Assembly (NCBI GenBank): GCA_043806595.1
Contig: JAZDGU010000035.1
Span: 1-32,247, forward strand
DNA length: 32,247 nucleotides
DNA from: Candidatus Micrarchaeota archaeon
GTDB lineage: Archaea; Micrarchaeota; Micrarchaeia; Norongarragalinales; SBBD01
Direction of reading: 5' to 3'
The number at the start of each line of letters is the position of its first letter. The first letter of the stretch is position 1. The position numbers and the translations under genes are program-made. The notes under the pieces were generated by a model. It saw nothing but the letters and a program-made list of their open reading frames with translations, ran no database searches and was not told the DNA's origin. Of this stretch, positions 1 to 8,502 are shown piece by piece.

Positions 1-360
1 GTTCGACTCGTTCACCCAATTGTAGTAGTCCGCGTTCGCCCAGAAGTAGACTGTGCCAGTCTGGTTGCAGGTAAACTGCGTGCTGTTGGTGGCGTTCTGG
101 CCGGGCACAAGGGGAATTATGTGGAAAACCCCGAGCTGGCCGAACTGGTTGGCGAAGAAAGTCTGGCTCCAGCCGGAAAACGCGTCGCCGACGTTGCCCG
201 TTGAAACATATGCGGTGAACGTGTCGCCGACGTGCGGGCTCGGGTCGCTGAAATAAATCCCTTGGACGACCAGGTCCGGTGAGGACAGGACCGAGTGCAG
301 GGCGTACAGGCCAGGCAAGGCAAACGCGGCAAGCACGGCCGCAACAAACCAATTCCTCAT
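1..360 (-). CDS. Secreted CARDB (Ig-like) domain surface protein, N-terminal part (runs off window)
   Basis: Hand translation, not in ORF track: MRNWFVAAVLAAFALPGLYA (signal peptide) then PDLVVQGIYFSDPSPHVGDTFT...NADYYNWVNESN. This matches the CARDB pattern PDLvv...D..N.v.ESN. GGGTGA SD-like motif lies just upstream of the ATG. Confidence 0.8.
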   Translation of the reverse strand, partial: MRNWFVAAVLAAFALPGLYALHSVLSSPDLVVQGIYFSDPSPHVGDTFTAYVSTGNVGDAFSGWSQTFFANQFGQLGVFHIIPLVPGQNATNSTQFTCNQTGTVYFWANADYYNWVNESN

Positions 361-477
361 GCAATTCACCCAAAATTTGAAAGGAGCGCTATACTTACTG
401 GAACAAAAGGAGTATATACCTTAAGAGGACCTGTGCGGACGGAAAACCCCCGAATGGCAGTGCGATACGGGCATCGA

Positions 478-789
478 TTATTGGCAGGAGCGTTCGACCC
501 ACGCCGAATACGGGCGGTATGCCGCGGAATCCTTCCACGCCACGATGCAGGGCACTTCATAGGAATTCAGGCGCTTCAGCCGGCGCTCGAGAGCGGGGTA
601 TTTCCGTTCCGTGGTCTTCGCCAGCAGGACGAACTCGCGCGCCTTCACCTGCCTGCCCCGCCACTTGAAGACGCTTGAGCAGGGGAAGAAGTTGACGCAA
701 GCGGCCAGCCTTTCCCTGACCAGCGCGGATGCGATTTTCTCCGCCTCCTTCCTCGAGGCGCAAGTGGAATAGACGGTAAGCGGGGGCAT
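478..789 (-). CDS. cutA: Divalent-cation tolerance protein CutA
   Basis: C-terminal 103 aa of track ORF 478..1635: MPPLTVYSTC...IASALVRERLAACVN...SVFKWRG...SYEVPCIV, the typical CutA motifs. Confidence 0.93.
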   Translation of the reverse strand: MPPLTVYSTCASRKEAEKIASALVRERLAACVNFFPCSSVFKWRGRQVKAREFVLLAKTTERKYPALERRLKRLNSYEVPCIVAWKDSAAYRPYSAWVERSCQ

Positions 790-794
790 CGGCG

Positions 795-1679
795 TCACAT
801 CGCCCTGAGGCGCTTGATGCGGTCGTCGAGCGGCGGGTGCGTAGAGAAAAGGCTGCCCATCATCTTCGCCTTGAAGGGGTTGGAGATGAAGAGGTGCGCG
901 GTCGCATTGCTCGCGTTCCGCATCGGCGCGGCGTCCTTGGAAATCCTGTCGAGGGCGGAGGCTAGGCCCTCGGGGTAGCGCGTGAGCTGCGCGCCGCTTG
1001 CGTCGGCGAGGTATTCGCGGCTGCGGGAAACCGCGAGCCGGATCACCTGCGCGAAGATCGGGGCGAGAATCACGAGAAGGAAGCCGACGACCATGAATAT
1101 CGCGCCGCCGCGGCCCCCGCGGTCGTTGCCCCCGCCGCCGAACAGGCGCACGCGGATGAGCATGTCCGAGAGGATGATGATGCAGCCCGCGAACACGGCG
1201 GCGAGCATCATGACCTTGATGTCCTCGTTCTTCACGTGCGAAATCTCGTGCGCGACGACGCCTTCGAGCTGCTCGCGGTTGAGCTTCTTGAGCGCGCCCG
1301 TGGTGACGCACACCACGGCATGCTGCGGGTCCCTGCCGGTGGCGAACGCGTTGATGCTGTCGTCGTCGATGACGTATATGCGGGGCTGCGGGATTCCGGC
1401 GGCAAGGGAGAGGCCCTCGACGACGTTGACGAGATACTGGTGCTCCTGCTTGTTGGCCGGCCTCGCGCCAGTGGTCGCGAGCACGATCTTGTCGCTGTAG
1501 TAGTAGCCGCCTACGGTCAAGAGCACGGCGACTATGGCGGCGAAGGCTATGCCGAAGCTGCCCATGCCGGTGTACCAGCCGAAGAAGTAGGCTACCGCGA
1601 AGAGGAGGGCGAAGAAGAACGCGAAGAGCAGCCACGTGCGCGTGCGGTTGCCAGCCATCTCGCTCCAGAAGGAAGCCAT
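795..1679 (-). CDS. htpX: Zinc metalloprotease HtpX (peptidase M48)
   Basis: NAFATGR, HEISH (HExxH), SRSREYLAD and STHPP motifs, plus TM segments. Confidence 0.95.
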   Translation of the reverse strand: MASFWSEMAGNRTRTWLLFAFFFALLFAVAYFFGWYTGMGSFGIAFAAIVAVLLTVGGYYYSDKIVLATTGARPANKQEHQYLVNVVEGLSLAAGIPQPRIYVIDDDSINAFATGRDPQHAVVCVTTGALKKLNREQLEGVVAHEISHVKNEDIKVMMLAAVFAGCIIILSDMLIRVRLFGGGGNDRGGRGGAIFMVVGFLLVILAPIFAQVIRLAVSRSREYLADASGAQLTRYPEGLASALDRISKDAAPMRNASNATAHLFISNPFKAKMMGSLFSTHPPLDDRIKRLRAM

Positions 1680-1690
1680 GCAGGGGTTAG

Positions 1691-1708
1691 GGGAAAAGAG
1701 TTATTAAA
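1691..1708 (+). promoter_or_regulatory. BRE/TATA box of tRNA-Glu
   Basis: Purine-rich GGGAAAAGAG followed by TTATTAAA, ending 25 nt before the tRNA 5' end. Confidence 0.6.
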
Positions 1709-1733
1709 GCGTTTTCGCAGAAAGCCTATTTCC

Positions 1734-1849
1734 GCTCCCTTCGTCTAGTCCGGTCAAGGACTCCGGCCTTTCGACTCCTGCGGTTTCGCAAGGGATGACG
1801 GGCAGGGGGAAGCCAGCCGAAAACGCGGGTTCGAATCCCGCAGGGAGCA
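1734..1849 (+). tRNA. tRNA-Glu(TTC) with 41-nt canonical (37/38) intron at 1774..1814
   Basis: Acceptor stem GCTCCCT/AGGGAGC, anticodon TTC at 1770-1772, T arm GCGGG-TTCGAAT-CCCGC. The intron forms a bulge-helix-bulge (CTTT/GAAG central helix, CTCCTGC/GCAGGGG outer helix). Confidence 0.93.
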
Positions 1850-1863
1850 CTTGGCCGCGCAGT

Positions 1864-2013
1864 CTATTCGAGCTTTTTCTTGAGTTCCGCGATCCTGTCG
1901 TGCAGCCTCCAGTCCTTCTTGAGCGGGTCCATCTTGGCTTCGGCTTCGAGCTCGGCAAGCATCTTGGCCAGGCTGGAGTTCTTGCGGTGGAGATCCGTCT
2001 TGCTCATTCCCAT
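1864..2013 (-). CDS. Small helical/coiled-coil hypothetical protein (49 aa)
   Basis: Hand translation MGMSKTDLHRKNSSLAKMLAELEAEAKMDPLKKDWRLHDRIAELKKKLE. Host-like codon usage; fills the gap between the tRNA and the next gene. Confidence 0.7.
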   Translation of the reverse strand: MGMSKTDLHRKNSSLAKMLAELEAEAKMDPLKKDWRLHDRIAELKKKLE

Positions 2014-2070
2014 GGGATAAGCAAAGGGAGCTTCGGCAATAAAAACCGGCGCCTGACGCGGGCCGCAGGG

Positions 2071-2448
2071 CTAGCCCTTCTTCTGCCTGCGCTTGCGCTT
2101 GATGTCGGCGTATTCGAGGACGCTGACTTCTATGGATTCGCTCGTGTCCGCGCGCTTCTTGAAGCCCCAGAGGAACAGGAGCATGGAGAGGAAAATCATG
2201 AGGTCGGTCCAAGACTCGGGGCAAAGCAGGCCGGAGCACAGAATCAGCCTGCGGAAGAGGTATGAAAGCGCGACGAGGCCTATGCCCGCGTAGAATATCA
2301 TGGACACGTTCCAGTCCCAGCGGACCTTTCCGGTCCTCTTCTGGGAGAGCAGGAGGAGCGCGTAGTTCGCCAGATAGAGCAGCACGAGGATCGACAGCAC
2401 GAGAGTGAGGGCGCCGAGCAGGTCGAAGCCGGCGGCAACCGATACCAT
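2071..2448 (-). CDS. Hypothetical membrane protein (3 TM, basic C-terminal tail)
   Basis: ATG at 2448 (MVSVAAGFDLL...) inside track ORF 2071..2520. Three hydrophobic segments and a KRKRRQKKG tail. Confidence 0.75.
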   Translation of the reverse strand: MVSVAAGFDLLGALTLVLSILVLLYLANYALLLLSQKRTGKVRWDWNVSMIFYAGIGLVALSYLFRRLILCSGLLCPESWTDLMIFLSMLLFLWGFKKRADTSESIEVSVLEYADIKRKRRQKKG

Positions 2449-2626
2449 TGGAAACACCTTGAGAAAGACTTCTGCGGAGGTAGTATAAAAAACGGTCGTG
2501 ATGGGGAGGGGAGGAGACAACCGCGGCCCGGTGTGTTTGAACCCGGGGTCGGAAGAACGGGCGGTTAAACCCAGTATTTAAGAACTCAACCTGCGAAATA
2601 GCCCTTACGGAGAGAGGGGGTTGCCC

Positions 2627-3343
2627 ATGAAGCCTGAAAAAGAACTGCACTACGTGGTGGTGTCGATCGTCGGAAGCGACAGCGACGCTGCGGACGCGCT
2701 ATACGCCGGCCTGCGGGATTTCCCCGCGGATAAGGTGGTCATGCTGAGCGAGCCGAAGGACCAGCCGAGGGCCGAGCGCATCAAGAAGGACCTCGAGAAA
2801 TTCAAGGTCCCCGCGGTCATAGAGAACCTGGAGAGCGGGGTATCCATGGAGGAGGTCTTCGGGAGGGTTGCCGCGGTGCGCGACCGCGAGCTGGGCAAGA
2901 GGCTTGTCGTGAACATCGACACCGACTACAAGAGCTCGTGCATCGCGCTCTCGGCGGCGTTCGTCAACGGCATACAGGCCATCGGGCTCTCCGAGGGCAG
3001 CATCATAGCCTACCCGATAATGAAGTTCAGCTACTATACGGCGCTCTCGGAAAAGAAGCTGATGCTGCTGCGGCTGATATCTGACCGCAACGGCGTCAAG
3101 TCGCTCGAGGAGCTGAGCAAGGCTGCCGACATGAGCCTGCCGCTCGCGACCTACCACGTACGCGGCACGCGCGACAAGCCGGGCCTCGAGGAGCTGGGCC
3201 TCGTGGAGACCTTCCGAAACAAGGGCAGGCTGGAAGTCAACCTCAGCGCGCTCGGGAGGCTTATCATCAAGGGAAGGGTCGATATCAGCGCCGACAAGGA
3301 CGCTGCGAGGACCAAGCAGCAGAAACACGCCCGAGTGATTTGA
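2627..3343 (+). CDS. Csa3/DUF6293-like transcriptional regulator (N-terminal CARF-like Rossmann domain + C-terminal winged HTH)
   Basis: N-terminal alpha/beta pattern (VVVSIVG, KVVML, LVVNI, ALSAAFVNG). C-terminal SLEELSKAADMSLPLATYHV...LEELGLVE...LSALGR wHTH. Confidence 0.7.
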   Translation: MKPEKELHYVVVSIVGSDSDAADALYAGLRDFPADKVVMLSEPKDQPRAERIKKDLEKFKVPAVIENLESGVSMEEVFGRVAAVRDRELGKRLVVNIDTDYKSSCIALSAAFVNGIQAIGLSEGSIIAYPIMKFSYYTALSEKKLMLLRLISDRNGVKSLEELSKAADMSLPLATYHVRGTRDKPGLEELGLVETFRNKGRLEVNLSALGRLIIKGRVDISADKDAARTKQQKHARVI

Positions 3344-3817
3344 TTGAGGGCCATTGGAATCACCCTGGCCGCTGCGGCAATGCTTCTCCTCGGGTGCACT
3401 GGAGGGCCTGCGGCGCCATCCGGCACTCCGACAATGTTAGCGACAACGGCTCCGACGCCGACGGCAATGGAGCGACCAACAACGGCAGCGACGCCGACCG
3501 CGCAGGCAACCGTGCCAGCGAATCCTAACGCCCCTGAGGCCACTGAACAGCCGTCAGCAACCACCCTATCCGGGGGCGCGGCGATAACCTTACAGGAGCT
3601 TTCAAAGCATTCCACGGAGCAGGACTGCTGGGTAGTCTCCCAAGGAAAAGTCTACGACTTGACGGCGTGGCTGCCCAAACATCCGGGCGGCGCCGGCGCG
3701 ATTTCCCCATATTGCGGAAATGCCGGTTTCGAGGAGGCGTTCAACGGCAAACACGGGGAGGCAAAGGTGGAGCTGTTGAAGCAGGAAAGCGCGCTGGTGG
3801 GAGACTACGCAGGATGA
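3344..3817 (+). CDS. Lipoprotein with cytochrome b5-like heme/steroid-binding domain
   Basis: Lipobox LLLGC, Thr/Pro/Ala linker, then ITLQELSKH...DCWVV..GKVYDLT.WL..HPGG...H, with both putative heme His ligands present. Confidence 0.9.
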   Translation: MRAIGITLAAAAMLLLGCTGGPAAPSGTPTMLATTAPTPTAMERPTTAATPTAQATVPANPNAPEATEQPSATTLSGGAAITLQELSKHSTEQDCWVVSQGKVYDLTAWLPKHPGGAGAISPYCGNAGFEEAFNGKHGEAKVELLKQESALVGDYAG

Positions 3818-3940
3818 GAAGAAGGAGGGCACAACTAATCGTGAGGATTCGGGAATAAAACCCTGCCGCCCGCGCAATAAATTTATATAGCCCGCGCCGC
3901 ATAGCAGACTTTTCCTTTCGGGGTTTCGTTTTTTCGGGGT

Positions 3941-5551
3941 GTGTTCGGCGTGGTAAAATTCATTTTCGTCACCGGCGGGGTTTTGAGTTCGCTCGGGAAG
4001 GGCATTCTTACCGCGTCATTGGCGCGGATTCTGAAGACCGGCGGGATCAACGTCTCCCTCATGAAGATCGACCCATACCTCAACTGCGACGCCGGCACGC
4101 TCAACCCGTACGAGCACGGCGAGGTGTTCGTGACTAGGGACGGGTTCGAGTGTGACCTCGACGTCGGAAACTACGAGCGCTTCCTCGACGTGTTCGCGCA
4201 CAAGGAGCAGAACCTGATGATGGGCGCAGTCTACAAGACGGTAATCGACAAGGAGCGCAAGGGAGACTACCTCGGGAACACCATCCAGCTGATACCGCAC
4301 GCGACGAACGAGATAAAGAGGAGGATCAGGCACGCTGCGGAGGTCACGAAGGCAGGCGTGCTGCTCGTGGAGATCGGGGGCACCGTCGGCGACATCGAGA
4401 GCGAGGTCGTGCTCGAGGCGGCGAGGCAGATGCGGTTCGAGAACGGGGAAAGCCCGAGCGTGCTGTTCGTGCACCTGGCGCTCGTGCCTGTGATCATCAC
4501 GAACGAGCAGAAGACCAAGCCCATGCAGCACTCGGTCAAGGCGCTGCTCGGGCGCGGGATTACGCCCGACATATTGGTTGCACGCAGCAGGGACATGATA
4601 CTGGAGGGCACGAAGAAGAAGATCGCGCTCATGTGCAACGTGCTGCCGGACAGCGTGTTCTGCTCGCCCGACCAGACGAACATCTACAACGTGCCCGCGG
4701 TTCTTCGGGAGCAGTGCATCGAGGACGTGCTCGCGAGGAAGCTGGACCTCAAGCTGATGAAGGGCGCGAGCGATCCGTGGGAGGAGATCGCGGAAAGGAA
4801 GTTGAAGCATAAGAGGAAGGTCGCGGTCATCGGCAAGTACGCGCAGACGACGAAGGACACGTACATGAGCGTGTGGGAGGCGGTGAGGCACGCGGCGATA
4901 AACAACGGCATCGACGTTTCGATTTCGCTCGTCAATTCGGAGGACATCGAGAAGGGCAAGGCGGAGCTCAAGGGATACCACGCCATCATCGCGCCGGGCG
5001 GCTTCGGCGCGCGCGGAACCGAGGGCAAGATCGCGGCGGCCAGGTATGCGCGCGAGAACAACGTGCCTTATCTCGGGCTGTGCTACGGGCTTCAGCTCGC
5101 GGTGATCGAATTCGCGAGGAACGTCTGCGGGCTCAAGGGCGCGAACACCACGGAGAACGACGAGAAGACGCCGCACCCGGTAATCGACCTGCTTCCGGAG
5201 CAGAAGGCGGTGACGGAAAAGGGCGGGACTATGAGGCTGGGGGCGAAGCACGTGCTAGTGAAGAAGGGCACTGCGGCATACGAGGCCTACGGGCGCGAGA
5301 TGAAGGACGGCAAGATTTTCAAGAGGTTCAGGCACCGCTATGAGGTGAACCCGGAGTACGTCGAAAGGCTGGAAAGGGCCGGGATGATATTCAGCGGAAG
5401 GGACCCCGAGCGGGAGATCATGAAGATCTTCGAACTCCCGAAGAGCATGCACAAGTTCATGGCCGGCACGCAGTACCACCACGAGTTCGATTCCAGGCTG
5501 GAGAGGCCCGAGCCCTTGTTCGACGCGCTGATGAAGGCGACGCTGGAATAG
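3941..5551 (+). CDS. pyrG: CTP synthase (start may be GTG at 3950)
   Basis: KFIFVTGGVLSSLGKG, KIDPYLN, GGTVGDIES, GGFG.RG, GLCYG, RHRYEVN. Confidence 0.98.
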   Translation: MFGVVKFIFVTGGVLSSLGKGILTASLARILKTGGINVSLMKIDPYLNCDAGTLNPYEHGEVFVTRDGFECDLDVGNYERFLDVFAHKEQNLMMGAVYKTVIDKERKGDYLGNTIQLIPHATNEIKRRIRHAAEVTKAGVLLVEIGGTVGDIESEVVLEAARQMRFENGESPSVLFVHLALVPVIITNEQKTKPMQHSVKALLGRGITPDILVARSRDMILEGTKKKIALMCNVLPDSVFCSPDQTNIYNVPAVLREQCIEDVLARKLDLKLMKGASDPWEEIAERKLKHKRKVAVIGKYAQTTKDTYMSVWEAVRHAAINNGIDVSISLVNSEDIEKGKAELKGYHAIIAPGGFGARGTEGKIAAARYARENNVPYLGLCYGLQLAVIEFARNVCGLKGANTTENDEKTPHPVIDLLPEQKAVTEKGGTMRLGAKHVLVKKGTAAYEAYGREMKDGKIFKRFRHRYEVNPEYVERLERAGMIFSGRDPEREIMKIFELPKSMHKFMAGTQYHHEFDSRLERPEPLFDALMKATLE

Positions 5552-5590
5552 GCTCTGAGGAGGAAAAAAAGGAATGATCGAAATTATTGG

Positions 5591-6496
5591 ATGGGAGTGA
5601 AAAATTCATCGAATGACAAGTATATAAACGTAAAACGCAGAGCAGAAACCAATTATGGGAAAAAAGGCTATACAACCGAGCCGGAGGAAGAACTTGCCGC
5701 AAAGATTCTAAACAGCCGGGGGCAAATAATCTTCGTAAAACATTCGCTCCCTTCAGGAAAAATGTTTGCGTATAGGGTTGAAACGGAACTGCCTAATGCC
5801 CTGATTGTACGGTGCGAAAGCGACAAGCCCAAGCACAGGCACGCGTTCGCTGCCGAGTCCCAAGATGGTAAGCCGAGACGCTCCATTTTATTTTACATGC
5901 CAAAAGACAGGCGGGAAATTAAAACAATGATTGAAGCGTCCAGGCTATCCGTCCCCCACCATTACAACATGTACCTTGCCCCCTTTGCCGTCGGATTCTT
6001 CACATCCAATGAGAACAGCCGCGCCGCCGAACTCCATACGGTGCAAGGAAATTATTGTCTTGACAGCATATCGGAAGAAGCTAAGAAAGTTGTCAACCGG
6101 CACAAAAAATGGATAGAGGAAACCGCACAGCCATTTGTTGAAAGGCTCGCCCGATTACACATTCCCATCCTAGTCAACCACATCGCCCTATCCGCCGCAA
6201 GACTTGCAAAATCATGCGAGAGAAACGGCGCGATGTTAAACCCTTGGGCAAGAATCGAATCCGCGTTAAACCAAGCGGCAAATAAAACCAAAGTTTTCCG
6301 AAGGGCTTCGATTAAAGCTAGCGCACAGGACTACCTCAGATTCAAGCCAGCGGTAATCACGGAAAAAGAGAAGCCGATAGACGCTGCAACCGCCGTGGAA
6401 CAAGTGTTCGGGAGGACCCTGCGCCCCTTGACCCACTTGCGCGCAAAAAATAGAGAGGAGTTCGAAAAAATATCTAGAGAGTTCAGAGCGCCCTAA
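5591..6496 (+). CDS. Hypothetical basic protein, lower GC than flanks
   Basis: 301-aa ORF filling the gap; no recognised family. Confidence 0.7.
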   Translation: MGVKNSSNDKYINVKRRAETNYGKKGYTTEPEEELAAKILNSRGQIIFVKHSLPSGKMFAYRVETELPNALIVRCESDKPKHRHAFAAESQDGKPRRSILFYMPKDRREIKTMIEASRLSVPHHYNMYLAPFAVGFFTSNENSRAAELHTVQGNYCLDSISEEAKKVVNRHKKWIEETAQPFVERLARLHIPILVNHIALSAARLAKSCERNGAMLNPWARIESALNQAANKTKVFRRASIKASAQDYLRFKPAVITEKEKPIDAATAVEQVFGRTLRPLTHLRAKNREEFEKISREFRAP

Positions 6497-6558
6497 TTCC
6501 TCGCTAAACCAGAGCCCATTAATCAAGGCATTAGTGCCCAGCGCACCCACAATTCAAG

Positions 6559-7551
6559 CTAGTTCTTCGGTTCTGCAGCGGGGGGCTTGTGTGCCGCGGG
6601 GCGGTAAGTCAGGGCTACGAAGGAGAGAACGCCGAAGAATGTCAGAATCGCGTAGGCCACGCCGCGGTACAGCAGCGAGGCGGATATGCCGGTGGCGAAA
6701 GAGGCATACCCCAGCGAGGACACCAGCAGCGCGTACGCGGTCTCTCGCGCGCCGATGCCCCCGGGAAGAAACGAGAACGCGCCGACCAGCCATGACACCG
6801 AGGAAAGCGGGAGAACCACGGCAAACGGCATCTCCGCGCCCACCGCGTTGGAGAGCAGGAAGTAGGTCAGCGCCTCCGAGGCCCACGCCAAAAGCGTCAG
6901 GAAGAACATGAACGCGAGGAAGGAACGGCTCTTGGCGTAGGCGGAAAGCGACTCGTCGAAGGAGAGGGACATGGCCGTTAGGCGGGAATACGCTGGCTTG
7001 AGGGCGCCGCGGTCGAGGAAGGAAAGCCAGAGGCTGATTTTCGGGGCGATGCCGGGCACGAAAAGAAGCACCGCCACGAATGCTATCGCGAGCGCGACTA
7101 CGGGCAGGAAAACGTCGAAGCGGTTGCCGAGCAGGCCGATGCCGAGTAGCGAAAACAGCAGGAGAACGAATACGTCGAGAGAGCGCTCGAGCATGAGAGG
7201 AACAAGCACCTTGGTGCGGCTCGTGCCCTTTATCCGCTTGACGAACTGGGCGCGCGCGAGCTCGCCGCTGCCAACTGGAAGAACCTCGTTGAGCACGACG
7301 CCGCCGCAGAATATGAGGAAGGAGTCGCGGTAGCGGACTCCGTCCAGCCTGCGTAAAAGGAAGTGCCAGCGGAAGGTCTTCAGGACGAGCGAGAAGAGCG
7401 CGAAGAGGAGGGCGGTGGCGATCGTCTGCGGGCTGACCTTGGAAAGCGCCTCGAGGATGTTCTCGGGGCCGGCCTTCTGCAGGACGATTGCTAGAATGGC
7501 GAGGCCTACTGTGAAAGGCAGGGCCTTTTTCACATTCGAGGATAGGCTCAT
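6559..7551 (-). CDS. Flippase-like UPF0104 / lysylphosphatidylglycerol synthase TM-region membrane protein
   Basis: RWHFLL, P..SGE..R, ERSLD, PGGIGARE, LLYRG motifs; multi-TM. Confidence 0.9.
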   Translation of the reverse strand: MSLSSNVKKALPFTVGLAILAIVLQKAGPENILEALSKVSPQTIATALLFALFSLVLKTFRWHFLLRRLDGVRYRDSFLIFCGGVVLNEVLPVGSGELARAQFVKRIKGTSRTKVLVPLMLERSLDVFVLLLFSLLGIGLLGNRFDVFLPVVALAIAFVAVLLFVPGIAPKISLWLSFLDRGALKPAYSRLTAMSLSFDESLSAYAKSRSFLAFMFFLTLLAWASEALTYFLLSNAVGAEMPFAVVLPLSSVSWLVGAFSFLPGGIGARETAYALLVSSLGYASFATGISASLLYRGVAYAILTFFGVLSFVALTYRPAAHKPPAAEPKN

Positions 7552-7797
7552 CGGGAAAAGATGGGGGAGGGGGATTAAAAAAATGCTGTGCGGCCCCGGG
7601 GGGCAGTGGGAATATGCATACAGGAAAAGCGGATTCTGGAGGGTTGCAGCGGAAACGCGGCTGGACGCTGGTTTTTATTGGCAAAAACCGTGATTGTGGC
7701 GCACGTGACGCAGGAACGCAAGCGTAATTTAATGCCGGCAAGAACGCTTTTAAACCGCCGGAGGGTCTCAAAGCGGGGGAACGGGGTCGGGAGAAAT

Positions 7798-8496
7798 ATG
7801 AAGGGAGCAGCGCAAATCGTCGAATTCCTATTCGAGGCGGGCGAGCTCAAGCGAGTCAAGCGCAGCGGCTGGTGGACCGCGAAGATCCGTGACCCGGAGA
7901 GCGTGGCCGAACACTCGTTCCGCACCGGGCTAACCGCGTACCTGCTGGCGATGATGGAGGGGGAGGACGACGCCGGGGCCGCGAGGACTGCCGTCGCGGC
8001 GCTAGCGCACGACCTGCACGAGGCGCGCACGCTGGATTTGCACAAGATTTCGGCGAGGTACTTCGACAAGCATGCCGGCGAGGGCAGGGCGAGGAAGCAG
8101 CAGGGATTCGAATCGGCATTGCGTTTGACGGCGAGGCAGCAGGCGATCGTCAAGGACGCGGACCTACTGGAGATGGCAATGCAGGCAAAGGAGTATTCCG
8201 ATGCTGGCAACGCGCACGCCCCGCGCTGGCTGAAGGCAGCCGGGAAGGGTGTCAGGACCGCCGGAGGCAGGAGGCTTTTCCGCGAGATCTCGAGGACGGA
8301 TTCCGCGGGCTGGTGGAAGAGGAAGGGCAGGAGGGCCGACGTGGCCGGCACGGCTCGAGGCCTCGCACCGGCAAGGGCCAAGGAGGCAGGGAAGGCAGTG
8401 CGGAGGCCGAAGACTGCACGCGGTGGGAGGAAGGGAGGCCTGCCGTACAATTACTGGCGCTGGGGCAGGTTCAGCGCGAAGAAGCCCAGGGGGTAG
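7798..8496 (+). CDS. HD-domain phosphohydrolase (YfbR/HDDC2-like 5'-deoxynucleotidase) with basic C-terminal extension
   Basis: LKRVKRSGW, ESVAEHSFR, AHDLHEART.D, VKDADLLE. ATG at 7798. Confidence 0.88.
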   Translation: MKGAAQIVEFLFEAGELKRVKRSGWWTAKIRDPESVAEHSFRTGLTAYLLAMMEGEDDAGAARTAVAALAHDLHEARTLDLHKISARYFDKHAGEGRARKQQGFESALRLTARQQAIVKDADLLEMAMQAKEYSDAGNAHAPRWLKAAGKGVRTAGGRRLFREISRTDSAGWWKRKGRRADVAGTARGLAPARAKEAGKAVRRPKTARGGRKGGLPYNYWRWGRFSAKKPRG

Positions 8497-8502
8497 CGCG
8501 AA

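Noticed and set aside
790..1635. 385-aa ORF suggesting a long CutA fusion
   Set aside because: The N-terminal part is an Arg-rich alternate frame of htpX; only 478..789 is CutA.
2530..2575. Inverted repeat upstream of the CARF-like regulator as an operator
   Set aside because: Too imperfect to distinguish from chance.
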